NCBI GenBank assembly: GCA_022711715.1
Contig: JAKLEC010000002.1
Coordinates: forward strand, 5,881 to 69,880
DNA: 64,000 nucleotides
From: Acidobacteriota bacterium
GTDB taxonomy: Bacteria > Acidobacteriota > Aminicenantia > UBA2199
Direction: 5' to 3'
Made by a program: the position numbers and the translations under genes. Below, piece by piece: positions 53,150-63,186 of this stretch (position 1 is its first letter; each line of letters opens with the position of its first letter). The notes beneath the pieces are model-generated. The model saw only the letters and a list, made by a program, of their open reading frames with translations. It did not search any database and had not been told where the DNA came from.

Positions 53150-53899
53150 ATGGATATTCCACGGATATTCAACATCAGCGAAAGCGCTCACCGCATCCAC
53201 GATCCGTTCACGCCCGAAAAGCTCGCCACTCTCGGCGCGGCGCTGCGTCTGGAAAAGGGCACGCGGATTCTCGACCTCGCCAGCGGCTCGGGCGAAATGC
53301 TATGCACCTGGGCACGCGATTACGGAGTCCTCGGCACCGGCGTCGACATGAGCCAGTTGTTCACCGAACAGGCGAAAGTACGCGCTGAAAAGCTCGGCGT
53401 CGCCGGTCAAGTCAAGTTCATCCATGGCGAGGCGGCCGGCTTCATCTCGGACGAGAAGGTCGGCGTGGCCGCCTGTCTCGGCGCCACCTGGATCGGCGGG
53501 GGAGTCGCCGGCACCATCGAGCTTCTGGGGCGGAGTCTCCGCCCCGGAGGGATCATCCTCATCGGCGAGCCCTACTGGCGGCAGCTGCCGCCGACGGAAG
53601 ATGTCGCCAAGGGGTGTCTGGCCGGCGCCATCTCCGATTTTCTCCCGCTTCCGGAACTTCTCGCGTCTTTCGGCCGCCTCGGCTACGATGTCGTGGAGAT
53701 GGTCCTGGCGGACCAGGACAGCTGGGACCGATACGAGGCGGCCAAGTGGCTCACCATGCGCCGATGGCTTGAAGCCTATCCCGCCGACGAGTTGGCGGAC
53801 GAAGTGCGGGCCAAGCTCACCTCGGAACCCGAGCGCTACGCCGCTTACACGCGTGAATACCTGGGCTGGGGCGCGTTCGCGCTGATGACGCGGCGATGA
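53150..53899 (+). CDS. Class I SAM-dependent methyltransferase
   Basis: Motif I ILDLASGSGEM, post-I GVDMS, motif II/III ...LRPGGIILIGEP. Confidence 0.85.
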   Translation: MDIPRIFNISESAHRIHDPFTPEKLATLGAALRLEKGTRILDLASGSGEMLCTWARDYGVLGTGVDMSQLFTEQAKVRAEKLGVAGQVKFIHGEAAGFISDEKVGVAACLGATWIGGGVAGTIELLGRSLRPGGIILIGEPYWRQLPPTEDVAKGCLAGAISDFLPLPELLASFGRLGYDVVEMVLADQDSWDRYEAAKWLTMRRWLEAYPADELADEVRAKLTSEPERYAAYTREYLGWGAFALMTRR

Positions 53900-53939
53900 G
53901 GGGATGAACGAGCAGCTCGGGAAGTAGGAAAAATCCGAT

Positions 53940-55643
<1,704 letters not shown>

Positions 55644-55732
55644 GCAATCCTCCCGGTGGCGCGGCGTCGGCGCGATCGTTGAAGTACAGTTATACAATGA
55701 ACGGGGCCCCGTTTGTCAAGGAACAGAAGCCA

Positions 55733-55918
55733 AGTGATAGTGATCGTGGTAGTGATGGTAGCAAGCAATCGATCGACCTATTGCCTTTCCTTTTCGCCTT
55801 TTACCTTTCGCTTTTCACGATGGTTCGATCCATTGCTGCTTCTCGTCACGCGTCACGCGTTACGCGTTACGATAGCTCGATTGCGTTTCACCGTATGCCG
55901 TACGCCGTATGCCGAGCT
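55733..55918. repeat. Repeat element R6: four different short tandem arrays in series
   Basis: AGTGAT-type hexamers (55733-55762). CCTTTCC TTTTCGC CTTTTAC CTTTCGC TTTTCAC (55784-55818). GTCACGC GTCACGC GTTACGC GTTACGA (55845-55872). CCGTATG CCGTACG CCGTATG CCGAGCT (55891-55918). An imperfect inverted repeat, 55761-55778 / 55822-55839, brackets the second array. Confidence 0.85.
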
Positions 55919-55930
55919 CATCTAATCTGT

Positions 55931-55959
55931 TTGACTGGCAGGTGCCCCTGTCCTACAAT
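55931..55959 (+). promoter_or_regulatory. Sigma70-like promoter; pseudouridine synthase gene apparently leaderless
   Basis: TTGACT (55931-55936), 17-nt spacer, TACAAT (55954-55959), 6 nt, then the ATG at 55966; no Shine-Dalgarno. Confidence 0.5.
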
Positions 55960-55965
55960 CGGGTC

Positions 55966-56847
55966 ATGTCTGGCTCCGCTCCCGGCTACCGCAACATGGA
56001 CCGCTTCTTCATCCAGCTGAAGGCCGGGGAAAGCCTCGCCCTCTCCGCGGCGCTGCAGCGGCACCTGCGGGTGACGCCGGAGGAGGCGGAGCGGCTGCTG
56101 CGACAGGGGAGCGTCTGGGACCACGGCCGCCAGGAGCGGTTGCGGGACGGGAACGCCCTCCTCCATGACCGGCTGCTGCGCGTTGACCGGCCGAAGTTCG
56201 TGATCCGGGAATATGTCCTGGACCCGGCCGACGTGAAGCACGAGGACGAGCACCTGCTGGTGGTCTTCAAGCGCGGCGGGGTGCCGACTCAGCCCACTCC
56301 CTACAGCGACGTCTCCGACCTGCTGCACGGCGTGCAGGGCTACCTGGCGAGCCGGGGCGTCGCCTACCGGCCGGCGCCGGTCAACCGCCTCGACCTGCCG
56401 GCCCAGGGGCTGGTCCTGTTCGCCAAGAGCAAGCGCTGCGAGACGGCGCTACACCGCCTCTTTGACGGGCGGCATGTCCGCAAGCGCTACCTGGCCGCCA
56501 CCGCCCCCTTTGCCGGCGCGCCGGCGTCCTGCGTCATCCGCTCCCGCCTCGAGTGGCAGGGCAAGGAGAAGGAGGCGCTGACGTACGTCCGCTTCTGCCG
56601 AGAGCATGGGGGCCGCTTCTTCTTTCTGGCCCTGCCGCAGAGCGGGCGCACCCACCAGATCCGCCGCCACTTCCGCGAGCGCCTGGCGCCGCTGCTGGGC
56701 GATGTACGCTACGGAGGCGCCGCTCCCGGCGGAGACCTGTGGCTCCTCTGCTTCCAGTACGCCTTTCCCCACCCCTTTTCCAGGGAGCGCTTTTCCGTGC
56801 GCTACGTCCCTCCCGCCTGGCAGGAGGCCATGGGGCTGGAAAAGTAA
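55966..56847 (+). CDS. RluA-family pseudouridine synthase
   Basis: Track ORF trimmed to MSGSAPGYRNMDRFF (alternative start ATG 55996). Catalytic-Asp block PVNRLDLPAQGLVLFAK, GRTHQIRRH. Confidence 0.8.
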   Translation: MSGSAPGYRNMDRFFIQLKAGESLALSAALQRHLRVTPEEAERLLRQGSVWDHGRQERLRDGNALLHDRLLRVDRPKFVIREYVLDPADVKHEDEHLLVVFKRGGVPTQPTPYSDVSDLLHGVQGYLASRGVAYRPAPVNRLDLPAQGLVLFAKSKRCETALHRLFDGRHVRKRYLAATAPFAGAPASCVIRSRLEWQGKEKEALTYVRFCREHGGRFFFLALPQSGRTHQIRRHFRERLAPLLGDVRYGGAAPGGDLWLLCFQYAFPHPFSRERFSVRYVPPAWQEAMGLEK

Positions 56848-56947
56848 ACGAGTAAACGGGTAGAAGGGACAACGGCACTGACAGTGAACTCTTGCCCGTG
56901 TCCTGCCCCGTCAGCTCTTTTACCCTTCCACTCGTTTACTCGTCAAC
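56843..56947. repeat. Repeat element R7: hairpin with AGTAAACG-type arms
   Basis: AGTAAACG AGTAAACG GGTAGAAGGG (56843-56868) is complementary to CCCTTCCA CTCGTTTA CTCGTCAA (56923-56946), ~18/20. The first unit contains the TAA stop of the preceding gene. Confidence 0.8.
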
Positions 56948-56955
56948 CAGTCGCG

Positions 56956-56997
56956 TTGACAAACATAATAACATATGTTAATATATTAATATGTTAG
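56956..56997 (+). promoter_or_regulatory. Promoter plus AT-rich palindromic operator region of the arsR-trx operon (leaderless arsR)
   Basis: TTGACA (56956-56961), 17-nt spacer, TAATAT (56979-56984), 6 nt, ATG at 56991. Palindromes AACATATGTT (56970-56979) and TTAATATATTAA (56978-56989). ATATGTTA repeated at 56973 and 56989. Confidence 0.5.
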
Positions 56998-57395
56998 CCG
57001 ATGTGCTGGTCCTCAAGACCCTGGCCGACGAGAACCGCCTGCGCCTGATGGTCCTGCTGCGCCGGCGCGAGCTGTTCGTCTGCCAGCTCATGGCCGTCAC
57101 CGGCCTCTCGCAGCCGCTGATCTCGCGCAGCCTGGCGCTCCTCGAGCGCGCCGGGCTCCTGGTGTCGCGGCGGCAGGGCAAGCACGTCTTCTACCGCGTC
57201 AGCCCGGCCATGCCGGCCGTGGCCCGGGCGGCGCTGGGGGCGATGGACGCCGCCGCCCCCGGCTCGCTCCTCGCCCGCGACCGCTCCAGCCTGGAGCTGT
57301 TCTGCCGGCGCTTCCGCGGCGAAGGGGCCTGCGACATGGCGGTGGTGCGGCGTTTCATGCAGTATCGCGAAAAAAATCAACCCAAGGAGACATGA
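56991..57395 (+). CDS. ArsR/SmtB-family transcriptional regulator
   Basis: LKTLADENRLRLMVLLRRRELFVCQLMAVTGLSQPLISRSLALLERAGLL winged-helix core. Confidence 0.88.
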   Translation: MLADVLVLKTLADENRLRLMVLLRRRELFVCQLMAVTGLSQPLISRSLALLERAGLLVSRRQGKHVFYRVSPAMPAVARAALGAMDAAAPGSLLARDRSSLELFCRRFRGEGACDMAVVRRFMQYREKNQPKET

Positions 57396-57772
57396 CCATG
57401 GAAAAACTGGACAAGAAGGCGTTCACCGAGAAGATCTTCGACTTCGAGAAGGAAAAGGAGTGGAAATACCTGGGCGCCCGGCCGGCCATCATCGACTTCT
57501 ACGCCGACTGGTGCGGCCCGTGCAAGATGGTCGCCCCGATCCTGGAAAAGATCGCCGCCGAGTACGGCGGCAAGCTGGACGTCTACAAGGTCGACACCGA
57601 CAAGGAGCAGGAGCTGGCCGGCGCCTTCGGCATCCAGAGCATCCCCAGCCTGCTGTTCATCCCCGCCAGCGGCCAGCCGCAGATGGCGCGCGGCGCCCTG
57701 GACCGCGCCGGCTTCGACAAGGTCATTGCCGACGTGCTGCAGGTGAAGAAAGACGAGCCGAAGCAATCGTGA
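57392..57772 (+). CDS. trxA: Thioredoxin
   Basis: WCGPC active site, ...FGIQSIPSLLF; ATGA overlap with arsR. Confidence 0.92.
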   Translation: MTMEKLDKKAFTEKIFDFEKEKEWKYLGARPAIIDFYADWCGPCKMVAPILEKIAAEYGGKLDVYKVDTDKEQELAGAFGIQSIPSLLFIPASGQPQMARGALDRAGFDKVIADVLQVKKDEPKQS

Positions 57773-58021
57773 CGCGTAACGCGTAACGCGTGACGCGGAA
57801 CCGCAAGGAAACGAAACGAATAAAAACAGCGGGCTTCCGAGTCGCTGCCGTTTCAATGCTCGAGTGTTCTGCCATGAACAATTGGGGGGACGTTGACCGC
57901 TCATGCGGAGGCACAAGACGCTCATTGCCTTTTACCCTGGAGCCTGATCATCTCGTTATGGCTGGACTGTGCCTGGGCTGTTACTCGTCATGCTTTACGC
58001 GTCACGCGTGACGATAGTTCG
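57769..58021. repeat. Repeat element R8: GTRACGC arrays flanking a ~190-nt non-coding core
   Basis: GTGACGC GTAACGC GTAACGC GTGACGC (57769-57796; the first unit contains the trxA TGA stop). Right-hand TTTACGC GTCACGC GTGACGA TAGTTCG (57994-58021). The tail ACGATAGTTCG... is homologous to ACGATAGCTCG at 55869-55880. Confidence 0.85.
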
Positions 58022-58045
58022 TCGGTTTACTAAGCCGGTTATTTA

Positions 58046-58054
58046 TGCTATTTA
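58046..58054 (+). promoter_or_regulatory. Extended -10-like element; helicase gene apparently leaderless
   Basis: TGCTATTTA (58046-58054), 7 nt, ATG at 58062; no Shine-Dalgarno. Confidence 0.35.
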
Positions 58055-58061
58055 ACTGGGC

Positions 58062-60422
58062 ATGGACGGCGGCAAGAACTTCCAGGTCGAGGAGGCGCTC
58101 AAGGAGCTGTTCCGGCTGCGCAGCGACGTCGCCAGCGAGCTGCGGCTGATCAAGCTCGACGCCTACAGCGGCGAGTTCGCCGACTTCCCGGCGGCGCTGG
58201 CGCCCGAGATCGCGGCCATCTACAGGAAACGCGGCATCGACAAGCTCTTCTCCCACCAGGCCGAGGCGCTGGCGAACGTCCTGGCCGGCCGGCACACGGT
58301 GGTGGCCACGCCGACCGCCTCGGGCAAGACGCTGATCTACAACGCCGCCGCCCTCGACGCTCTGCGGCGCGACCCCCAGGCCAAGTCGCTCTACCTCTTC
58401 CCGACCAAGGCCCTGTCGCAGGACCAGCTGGCCGAGCTCTTCGACCTGAACAAGGCGCTGGGCGACACGCTGGGGCTCTTCACCTACGACGGCGACACGC
58501 CGACCAGCATGCGCCAGGCCATCCGCCGCCGGGCGCAGATCGTCATCAGCAACCCCTACATGCTGCACTCGGGCATCCTGCCGCACCACACCAAGTGGGC
58601 CACGCTCTTCGAGAACCTGAAGTACGTGGTCATCGACGAGCTGCACTACTACACCGGCGTGTTCGGCTCGCACGTGGCCAACGTGCTGCGCCGCCTGAAG
58701 CGGATCTGCGCCTTCTACGGCACCAAGCCGGTCTTCATCATGAGCTCGGCCACCATCGCCAACCCCGCCGAGCTGGCCGCCAAGCTGATCGAGGAGGAGG
58801 TGGCGCTGGTCGACCGCAGCGGCGCCCCGCGCGGCGAAAAGTTCCTGGTCTTCTTCAACCCGCCGGTGGTCAACCGGCAGCTGGGCATCCGCCGCTCCTA
58901 CGTGTCGATGGCCCGCGAGATCGCCGGCGTTTTGCTGCGCCACGGGCTGCAGGCGATCGTCTTCGCCAACTCGCGGCTGATCACCGAGATTCTGGTCAAG
59001 TACCTGAAGAGCGACTTCGAGAAGACGGTGCAGGAGCGGGGCACGGTGCGCGGCTACCGCGGCGGCTACCTGCCCGCCCAGCGCCGCGAGATCGAGCGCC
59101 AGCTGCGCGCCGGCAGGATCCGCGCCGTGGTGGCCACCAACGCCCTGGAGCTGGGCATCGACATCGGCGCGCTCGACGCCGCCGTCCTCGCCTCCTATCC
59201 CGGCTCCATCGCCTCGACCTGGCAGCGCCTGGGCCGCGCCGGCCGCCGCGGCAGCCCGGCGCTGGGAGTGCTGGTCGCCTCCTCGCTGCCCATCGACCAG
59301 TACATCGTCAGCCACCCCGAGTACTTCTCCGGCCAGTCGCCCGAGGTGGGGCGCATCAACCCCGACAACCTGACGCTGCTGGTCGACCACGTCAAGTGCG
59401 CCGCCTTCGAGCTGCCCTTCGCCCGCGGCGACCGCTTCGGCAACGAGGAGCTGGGGGAGATCCTCTCCTACCTGGCCGAGCAGCAGCTGCTGCTGGCCAA
59501 GGACGGCAAGTGGTTCTGGACGGCCGAGGGCTACCCGGCCGACGCCGTCAGCCTGAACCGCGTCACCTCCGACAACTTCGTGGTCGTCGACCGCACGGCA
59601 GGGGAGCGGGTGATCGCCGAGGTCGGCTTCAGCGACGCCCTGGAGACGCTGCACCCCAAGGCCATCTACATCCTGGAGGGCGAGCAGTACGTGGTCGAGG
59701 AGCTGGATTACGACAATCGCAAGGCCTTCCTGACGCGCTCCAACGCCGACTACTACACCGATTCCATCACCTACACCAAGATCCAGGTGCTCGACGTCTT
59801 CGACGAGACGCGGCGCAAGAACGTGAACTTTTCCTGCGGCGACGTGCACGTCTTCTCCCAGGTGGTGGGCTTCAAGAAGCTGAAGTTCTTCACCATGGAG
59901 AACGTCGGCGCCGGCGAGCTGCAGCTGCCGCAGCAGGAGATGCACACCACCGGCTTCTGGCTGACGGTCAGGAACGACGTGCTGCGCAGCCTCGACTTCG
60001 CCAACGAGGAGAAGATCGAGGCGGTGGCGGGCATCGCCTACCTGGTGCGGCAGATCAGCCCGGTGATCCTGCTCTGCGACGCCCGCGACGTCGGCGTGGC
60101 CATCGAGGACAACCTGACCAAGGAGCCGCTGCACCCCGGCGCGCTGAAGGCGCAGCTGGCCGCCCCGGCGGGCGCCGACTTCGCCGACCGCTTCGAGCCC
60201 AACATCTTCATCTTCGACCGCTACCCGGGCGGCGTGGGCTTTTCCGCGACCCTGTACGAAAAGGCCGAGCCGCTGCTGGAGAAGGCGCTGGAGATCATCG
60301 AGGGCTGCCCCTGCCCCAACGGCTGCCCCTCCTGCGTCGGCCCGGCCATCCGCAGCGGCACCGATCCCAAGGCGGCGGCGCGCTTCATCCTCAAGCTGCT
60401 GCTGGAGCGGCTGGATAACTGA
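58062..60422 (+). CDS. DEAD/DEAH-box helicase with C-terminal DUF1998 zinc module (MrfA/YprA-like)
   Basis: Walker A TPTASGKTL, DExH box VIDELHYY, motif III SSAT, motif VI QRLGRAGRRG, C-terminal Cys cluster CPCPNGCPSC. Confidence 0.88.
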   Translation: MDGGKNFQVEEALKELFRLRSDVASELRLIKLDAYSGEFADFPAALAPEIAAIYRKRGIDKLFSHQAEALANVLAGRHTVVATPTASGKTLIYNAAALDALRRDPQAKSLYLFPTKALSQDQLAELFDLNKALGDTLGLFTYDGDTPTSMRQAIRRRAQIVISNPYMLHSGILPHHTKWATLFENLKYVVIDELHYYTGVFGSHVANVLRRLKRICAFYGTKPVFIMSSATIANPAELAAKLIEEEVALVDRSGAPRGEKFLVFFNPPVVNRQLGIRRSYVSMAREIAGVLLRHGLQAIVFANSRLITEILVKYLKSDFEKTVQERGTVRGYRGGYLPAQRREIERQLRAGRIRAVVATNALELGIDIGALDAAVLASYPGSIASTWQRLGRAGRRGSPALGVLVASSLPIDQYIVSHPEYFSGQSPEVGRINPDNLTLLVDHVKCAAFELPFARGDRFGNEELGEILSYLAEQQLLLAKDGKWFWTAEGYPADAVSLNRVTSDNFVVVDRTAGERVIAEVGFSDALETLHPKAIYILEGEQYVVEELDYDNRKAFLTRSNADYYTDSITYTKIQVLDVFDETRRKNVNFSCGDVHVFSQVVGFKKLKFFTMENVGAGELQLPQQEMHTTGFWLTVRNDVLRSLDFANEEKIEAVAGIAYLVRQISPVILLCDARDVGVAIEDNLTKEPLHPGALKAQLAAPAGADFADRFEPNIFIFDRYPGGVGFSATLYEKAEPLLEKALEIIEGCPCPNGCPSCVGPAIRSGTDPKAAARFILKLLLERLDN

Positions 60423-60439
60423 GGCTCGCGCCGGCCCCC

Positions 60440-60468
60440 TTGTAATTTCTTTCTCTCCCCTCTACAAT
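60440..60468 (+). promoter_or_regulatory. Sigma70-like promoter for the small OMP gene
   Basis: TTGTAA (60440-60445), 17-nt spacer, TACAAT (60463-60468); AAGGAGG Shine-Dalgarno before the ATG at 60497. Confidence 0.45.
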
Positions 60469-60496
60469 CTTCTCGCTTTCGCCAAGGAGGAATCCC

Positions 60497-60964
60497 ATGA
60501 AAAAAGCGATCGTCCTCGTTTCCCTGCTGCTGCTGGCCTCGGGCCTGTGCGCCGCCGGCACCGGATCGAACCTGGTCCTGAACCTCGGCGTCATGACCGA
60601 CGACGGCCTTTCCTTCAGCCCGTTCATCTGGACGGCCGGGCTCGAGCTGGACCTGCAGCTCGGCAAATACCTGATGCTCAGCCCTGAGGCGACGCTGGCG
60701 CAGAACGGCTTCAAGTTCAAGGAATTCCTGCTCTTTCCCGGCGCCGTCCTGAACTTCACCCCCGGCAGCTTCTTCGTTGGCGGCGGACTGGTGAAAGGCA
60801 TCTACATCGGCAGCGGCCAGGCCTTCGTCTCCGACGACTTCTCGCTGAAGCTCAACGCCGGCTTCCTCACCGAGAACCTGAAGCTGACCGCCTACGCCAT
60901 CACCAGTTTCGACAACCTGTTCAGCGACATGCTGGTCGGGGCCTCGCTGGGCTTCCGCTTCTAG
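60497..60964 (+). CDS. Small outer-membrane beta-barrel protein
   Basis: Signal peptide MKKAIVLVSLLLLASGLCAAG, alternating hydrophobic beta-strand pattern, C-terminal ...SLGFRF (terminal Phe). Confidence 0.7.
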   Translation: MKKAIVLVSLLLLASGLCAAGTGSNLVLNLGVMTDDGLSFSPFIWTAGLELDLQLGKYLMLSPEATLAQNGFKFKEFLLFPGAVLNFTPGSFFVGGGLVKGIYIGSGQAFVSDDFSLKLNAGFLTENLKLTAYAITSFDNLFSDMLVGASLGFRF

Positions 60965-61201
60965 GCGCCGGCGGCCGGCGGGCCGCCGGCATCCTCCGGC
61001 ATGGGGCGACGGCCGCCGGGCGGCGTCCGTTTCCCTTGACCAGTTTTCATCGAGCCGAACGTAATCCGAACGCCGAGACAACGGAGGGGAGGTCAATTCG
61101 CGTAGAAGCGGTTCTCCTTTCGCCTCCGACGTGAGAAAAGCGCGCTATCTCGCGCGCAGGATCGGCTGATCCACGGCAATTCGGAATTTTTTGTGAAATT
61201 G

Positions 61202-61260
61202 TTGACAGGGATGAAGAACGACGTTATATTAACCATATGGTTAAACCAAACGGTTGGTTA
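61202..61260 (+). promoter_or_regulatory. Promoter and palindromic operator(s) upstream of the TetR gene
   Basis: TTGACA (61202-61207), 17-nt spacer, TATATT (61225-61230). Perfect 16-bp palindrome TTAACCATATGGTTAA (61229-61244) overlaps the -10. Second inverted repeat AACCAA-ACGG-TTGGTT (61244-61259). Confidence 0.55.
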
Positions 61261-61261
61261 A

Positions 61262-61882
61262 ATGAAAAAAGATAAAAATCCTGGCCGGGAAAAGATCCTC
61301 AAGGCGGCGCAAAATGAGTTCGCGGCACGAGGCTTTGCCGGCGCCCGCATGGAAGCCATCGCCCGCTCGGCCGGCTGCAACAAGGCCATGCTCTTCTATT
61401 ACTTTTCCTCCAAGGAGGGCCTTTACCAGACTATCCTGAAGGAGGTCATGGGCGAGTTCTTCACCAAGATCAACGGCGTTCTCACGCCGGACCTGACCCC
61501 GGCGGCGCTGATGGAAAAATTCCCCGAGCTGTACATCCAGCTCTTTGCCAGGCACCCCGAGTTCGTGCGCATCGTGGCATTCGACCTCATCCACGACCCG
61601 GACAACCTCTGCGGCATCATGGGCGGGATCATCTCCCAGATGACCCATTTCGGTCCCCATCCGCTCTTCGAGCGGATCCGCCGCTGGCACGAGCAGGGGC
61701 TGACCTCGGAGCCCGATCCGCTCCACTTCATGATGAACATCGTCGCCCTCTCCATCTTTTCCTTCATCGGCAAGCCCATGGTGGAGGCCATCTCGGGGAT
61801 CCGCGTGGCCAGCGACGAGGAGTTCTATCGCCGGCGCGTCGCCAGCGTGGTCAATGTCCTGAAAAGGGGGATGCTGAAATGA
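61262..61882 (+). CDS. TetR/AcrR-family transcriptional regulator
   Basis: N-terminal HTH ILKAAQNEFAARGFAGARMEAIARSAGCNKAMLFYYFSSKEGLY. Confidence 0.9.
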   Translation: MKKDKNPGREKILKAAQNEFAARGFAGARMEAIARSAGCNKAMLFYYFSSKEGLYQTILKEVMGEFFTKINGVLTPDLTPAALMEKFPELYIQLFARHPEFVRIVAFDLIHDPDNLCGIMGGIISQMTHFGPHPLFERIRRWHEQGLTSEPDPLHFMMNIVALSIFSFIGKPMVEAISGIRVASDEEFYRRRVASVVNVLKRGMLK

Positions 61883-63186
61883 AACGGATGACGTTCATGC
61901 TGCTCATGGCCCAGGTGTGCCTCCTGCCGGCCAAGGTGCCGCTCTCCCAGGCCGTGCGCGACGCCTGGACGCTCAGCGGCGCCCTCGACAGCCAGAAGCT
62001 GCAGGAGCGGGCGGCCGCGGTGGCCCGGGAGACGGCGCTGCGGCAGAAGTACTTCTCCGCCGTTTTCGGCGCCGGCTACCGTTACAGCACCGACCAGGTG
62101 GAGGTCACGGCCGGAACCTTCCCGTTCCCGCTGGGCCCCGGCGTTCCGGCCGGCACGGTCATCTTGTCGGCCCCGAGCCACGCTTTCGACCTCAAGCTGT
62201 CGCTGCAGCAACCGCTCTATTCCGGCGGGGCATTGAGCCGCGCCGCCCGCATCGAGGCGGCGCGGGAGCTGTCGGAGCGGGAACTAACGCGGCTGAAGCG
62301 GATCGAGCTGGCCGGGATCGTCAAGGCATCCTATTTCAATTACCTGTTATACAGCCGGAAGCGCGACTCGCTGAATTCCCTCCTGGCCAGCCTGGACATC
62401 CACCTGAAAAAGCTGGCAAACCTTTTCGCCGAGGATCTGGTGAGCAGATCGGACCTCCTGGAAACCGAGGCCAAGGCCGACGAGGCGCGGCTGGGCCTGG
62501 AGGACATCGAGCAGCTGATCGCAAGCGAAACGGTCCGCTTCCGCAGCCTCTGCGGCCATGACCCCGGCGACATCGACTTGCAGGCGGGCACCCGCCCGGG
62601 TTCGTACGCCGCGGCCTGGGAGTCCTTCCTGGCGGGCCATCCGCTGCTGCGCTCCCTCGACGAGAAGGCGCGCATGCTCCGCGACCAGAAAAAGGCGATC
62701 GCCGGCGCCTACCGGCCCCAGGTCGGCGCCTTCGCCGAGCTGCATTACGGCCGGCCGGGCCAGAACTTTTTCAAAGACCGCTGGACCTTCTACGCCGCCG
62801 GCGGGGTCAACGTCTCCCTGCCGGTCTTCAACTGGAACAAGCGCGGGCGCGACCTCGAGCTGGCCGACATCGCCCTGCGCCAGCTGGAGGACCGGCGCGC
62901 CGACTTCCTGCGCGAGAGCGAGCGGGCCTTGAGCCAGCTGTTCCTCCAGCGCGACAGCCTGGAGCGGAAGCGCTCGCTGCTCGACCGCCTGGAGGCCAAC
63001 GCCCGCGAGGACGTCCGCCTGAAGGAAGGCCTGTACGAGGAGAGCCAGATCGCCCATTCCGACCTGCTGGCGGCCATGACCAGCCAGGAGCGGTACCGCG
63101 CCGACCGCGGCGGGCTGGACGCGCAGCTGCAACTGCTGGCGGCAGGAATCGACGCGCTGGTCGGGGCGTGCGAGGAGGGACAATGA
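61879..63186 (+). CDS. TolC-family outer-membrane efflux protein
   Basis: Signal-like N-terminus and two tandem OEP-type coiled-coil repeats (...LSLQQPLYSGG..., ...VSLPVFNWNKRG...); ATGA overlaps on both sides. Confidence 0.8.
   Translation: MKRMTFMLLMAQVCLLPAKVPLSQAVRDAWTLSGALDSQKLQERAAAVARETALRQKYFSAVFGAGYRYSTDQVEVTAGTFPFPLGPGVPAGTVILSAPSHAFDLKLSLQQPLYSGGALSRAARIEAARELSERELTRLKRIELAGIVKASYFNYLLYSRKRDSLNSLLASLDIHLKKLANLFAEDLVSRSDLLETEAKADEARLGLEDIEQLIASETVRFRSLCGHDPGDIDLQAGTRPGSYAAAWESFLAGHPLLRSLDEKARMLRDQKKAIAGAYRPQVGAFAELHYGRPGQNFFKDRWTFYAAGGVNVSLPVFNWNKRGRDLELADIALRQLEDRRADFLRESERALSQLFLQRDSLERKRSLLDRLEANAREDVRLKEGLYEESQIAHSDLLAAMTSQERYRADRGGLDAQLQLLAAGIDALVGACEEGQ

Noticed and set aside
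57790-58011. 73-aa ORF inside the trxA-helicase spacer
   Set aside because: No SD, and it starts inside the tandem array. The composition is odd (Cys/Arg-rich, no recognisable motif). It is more likely non-coding.
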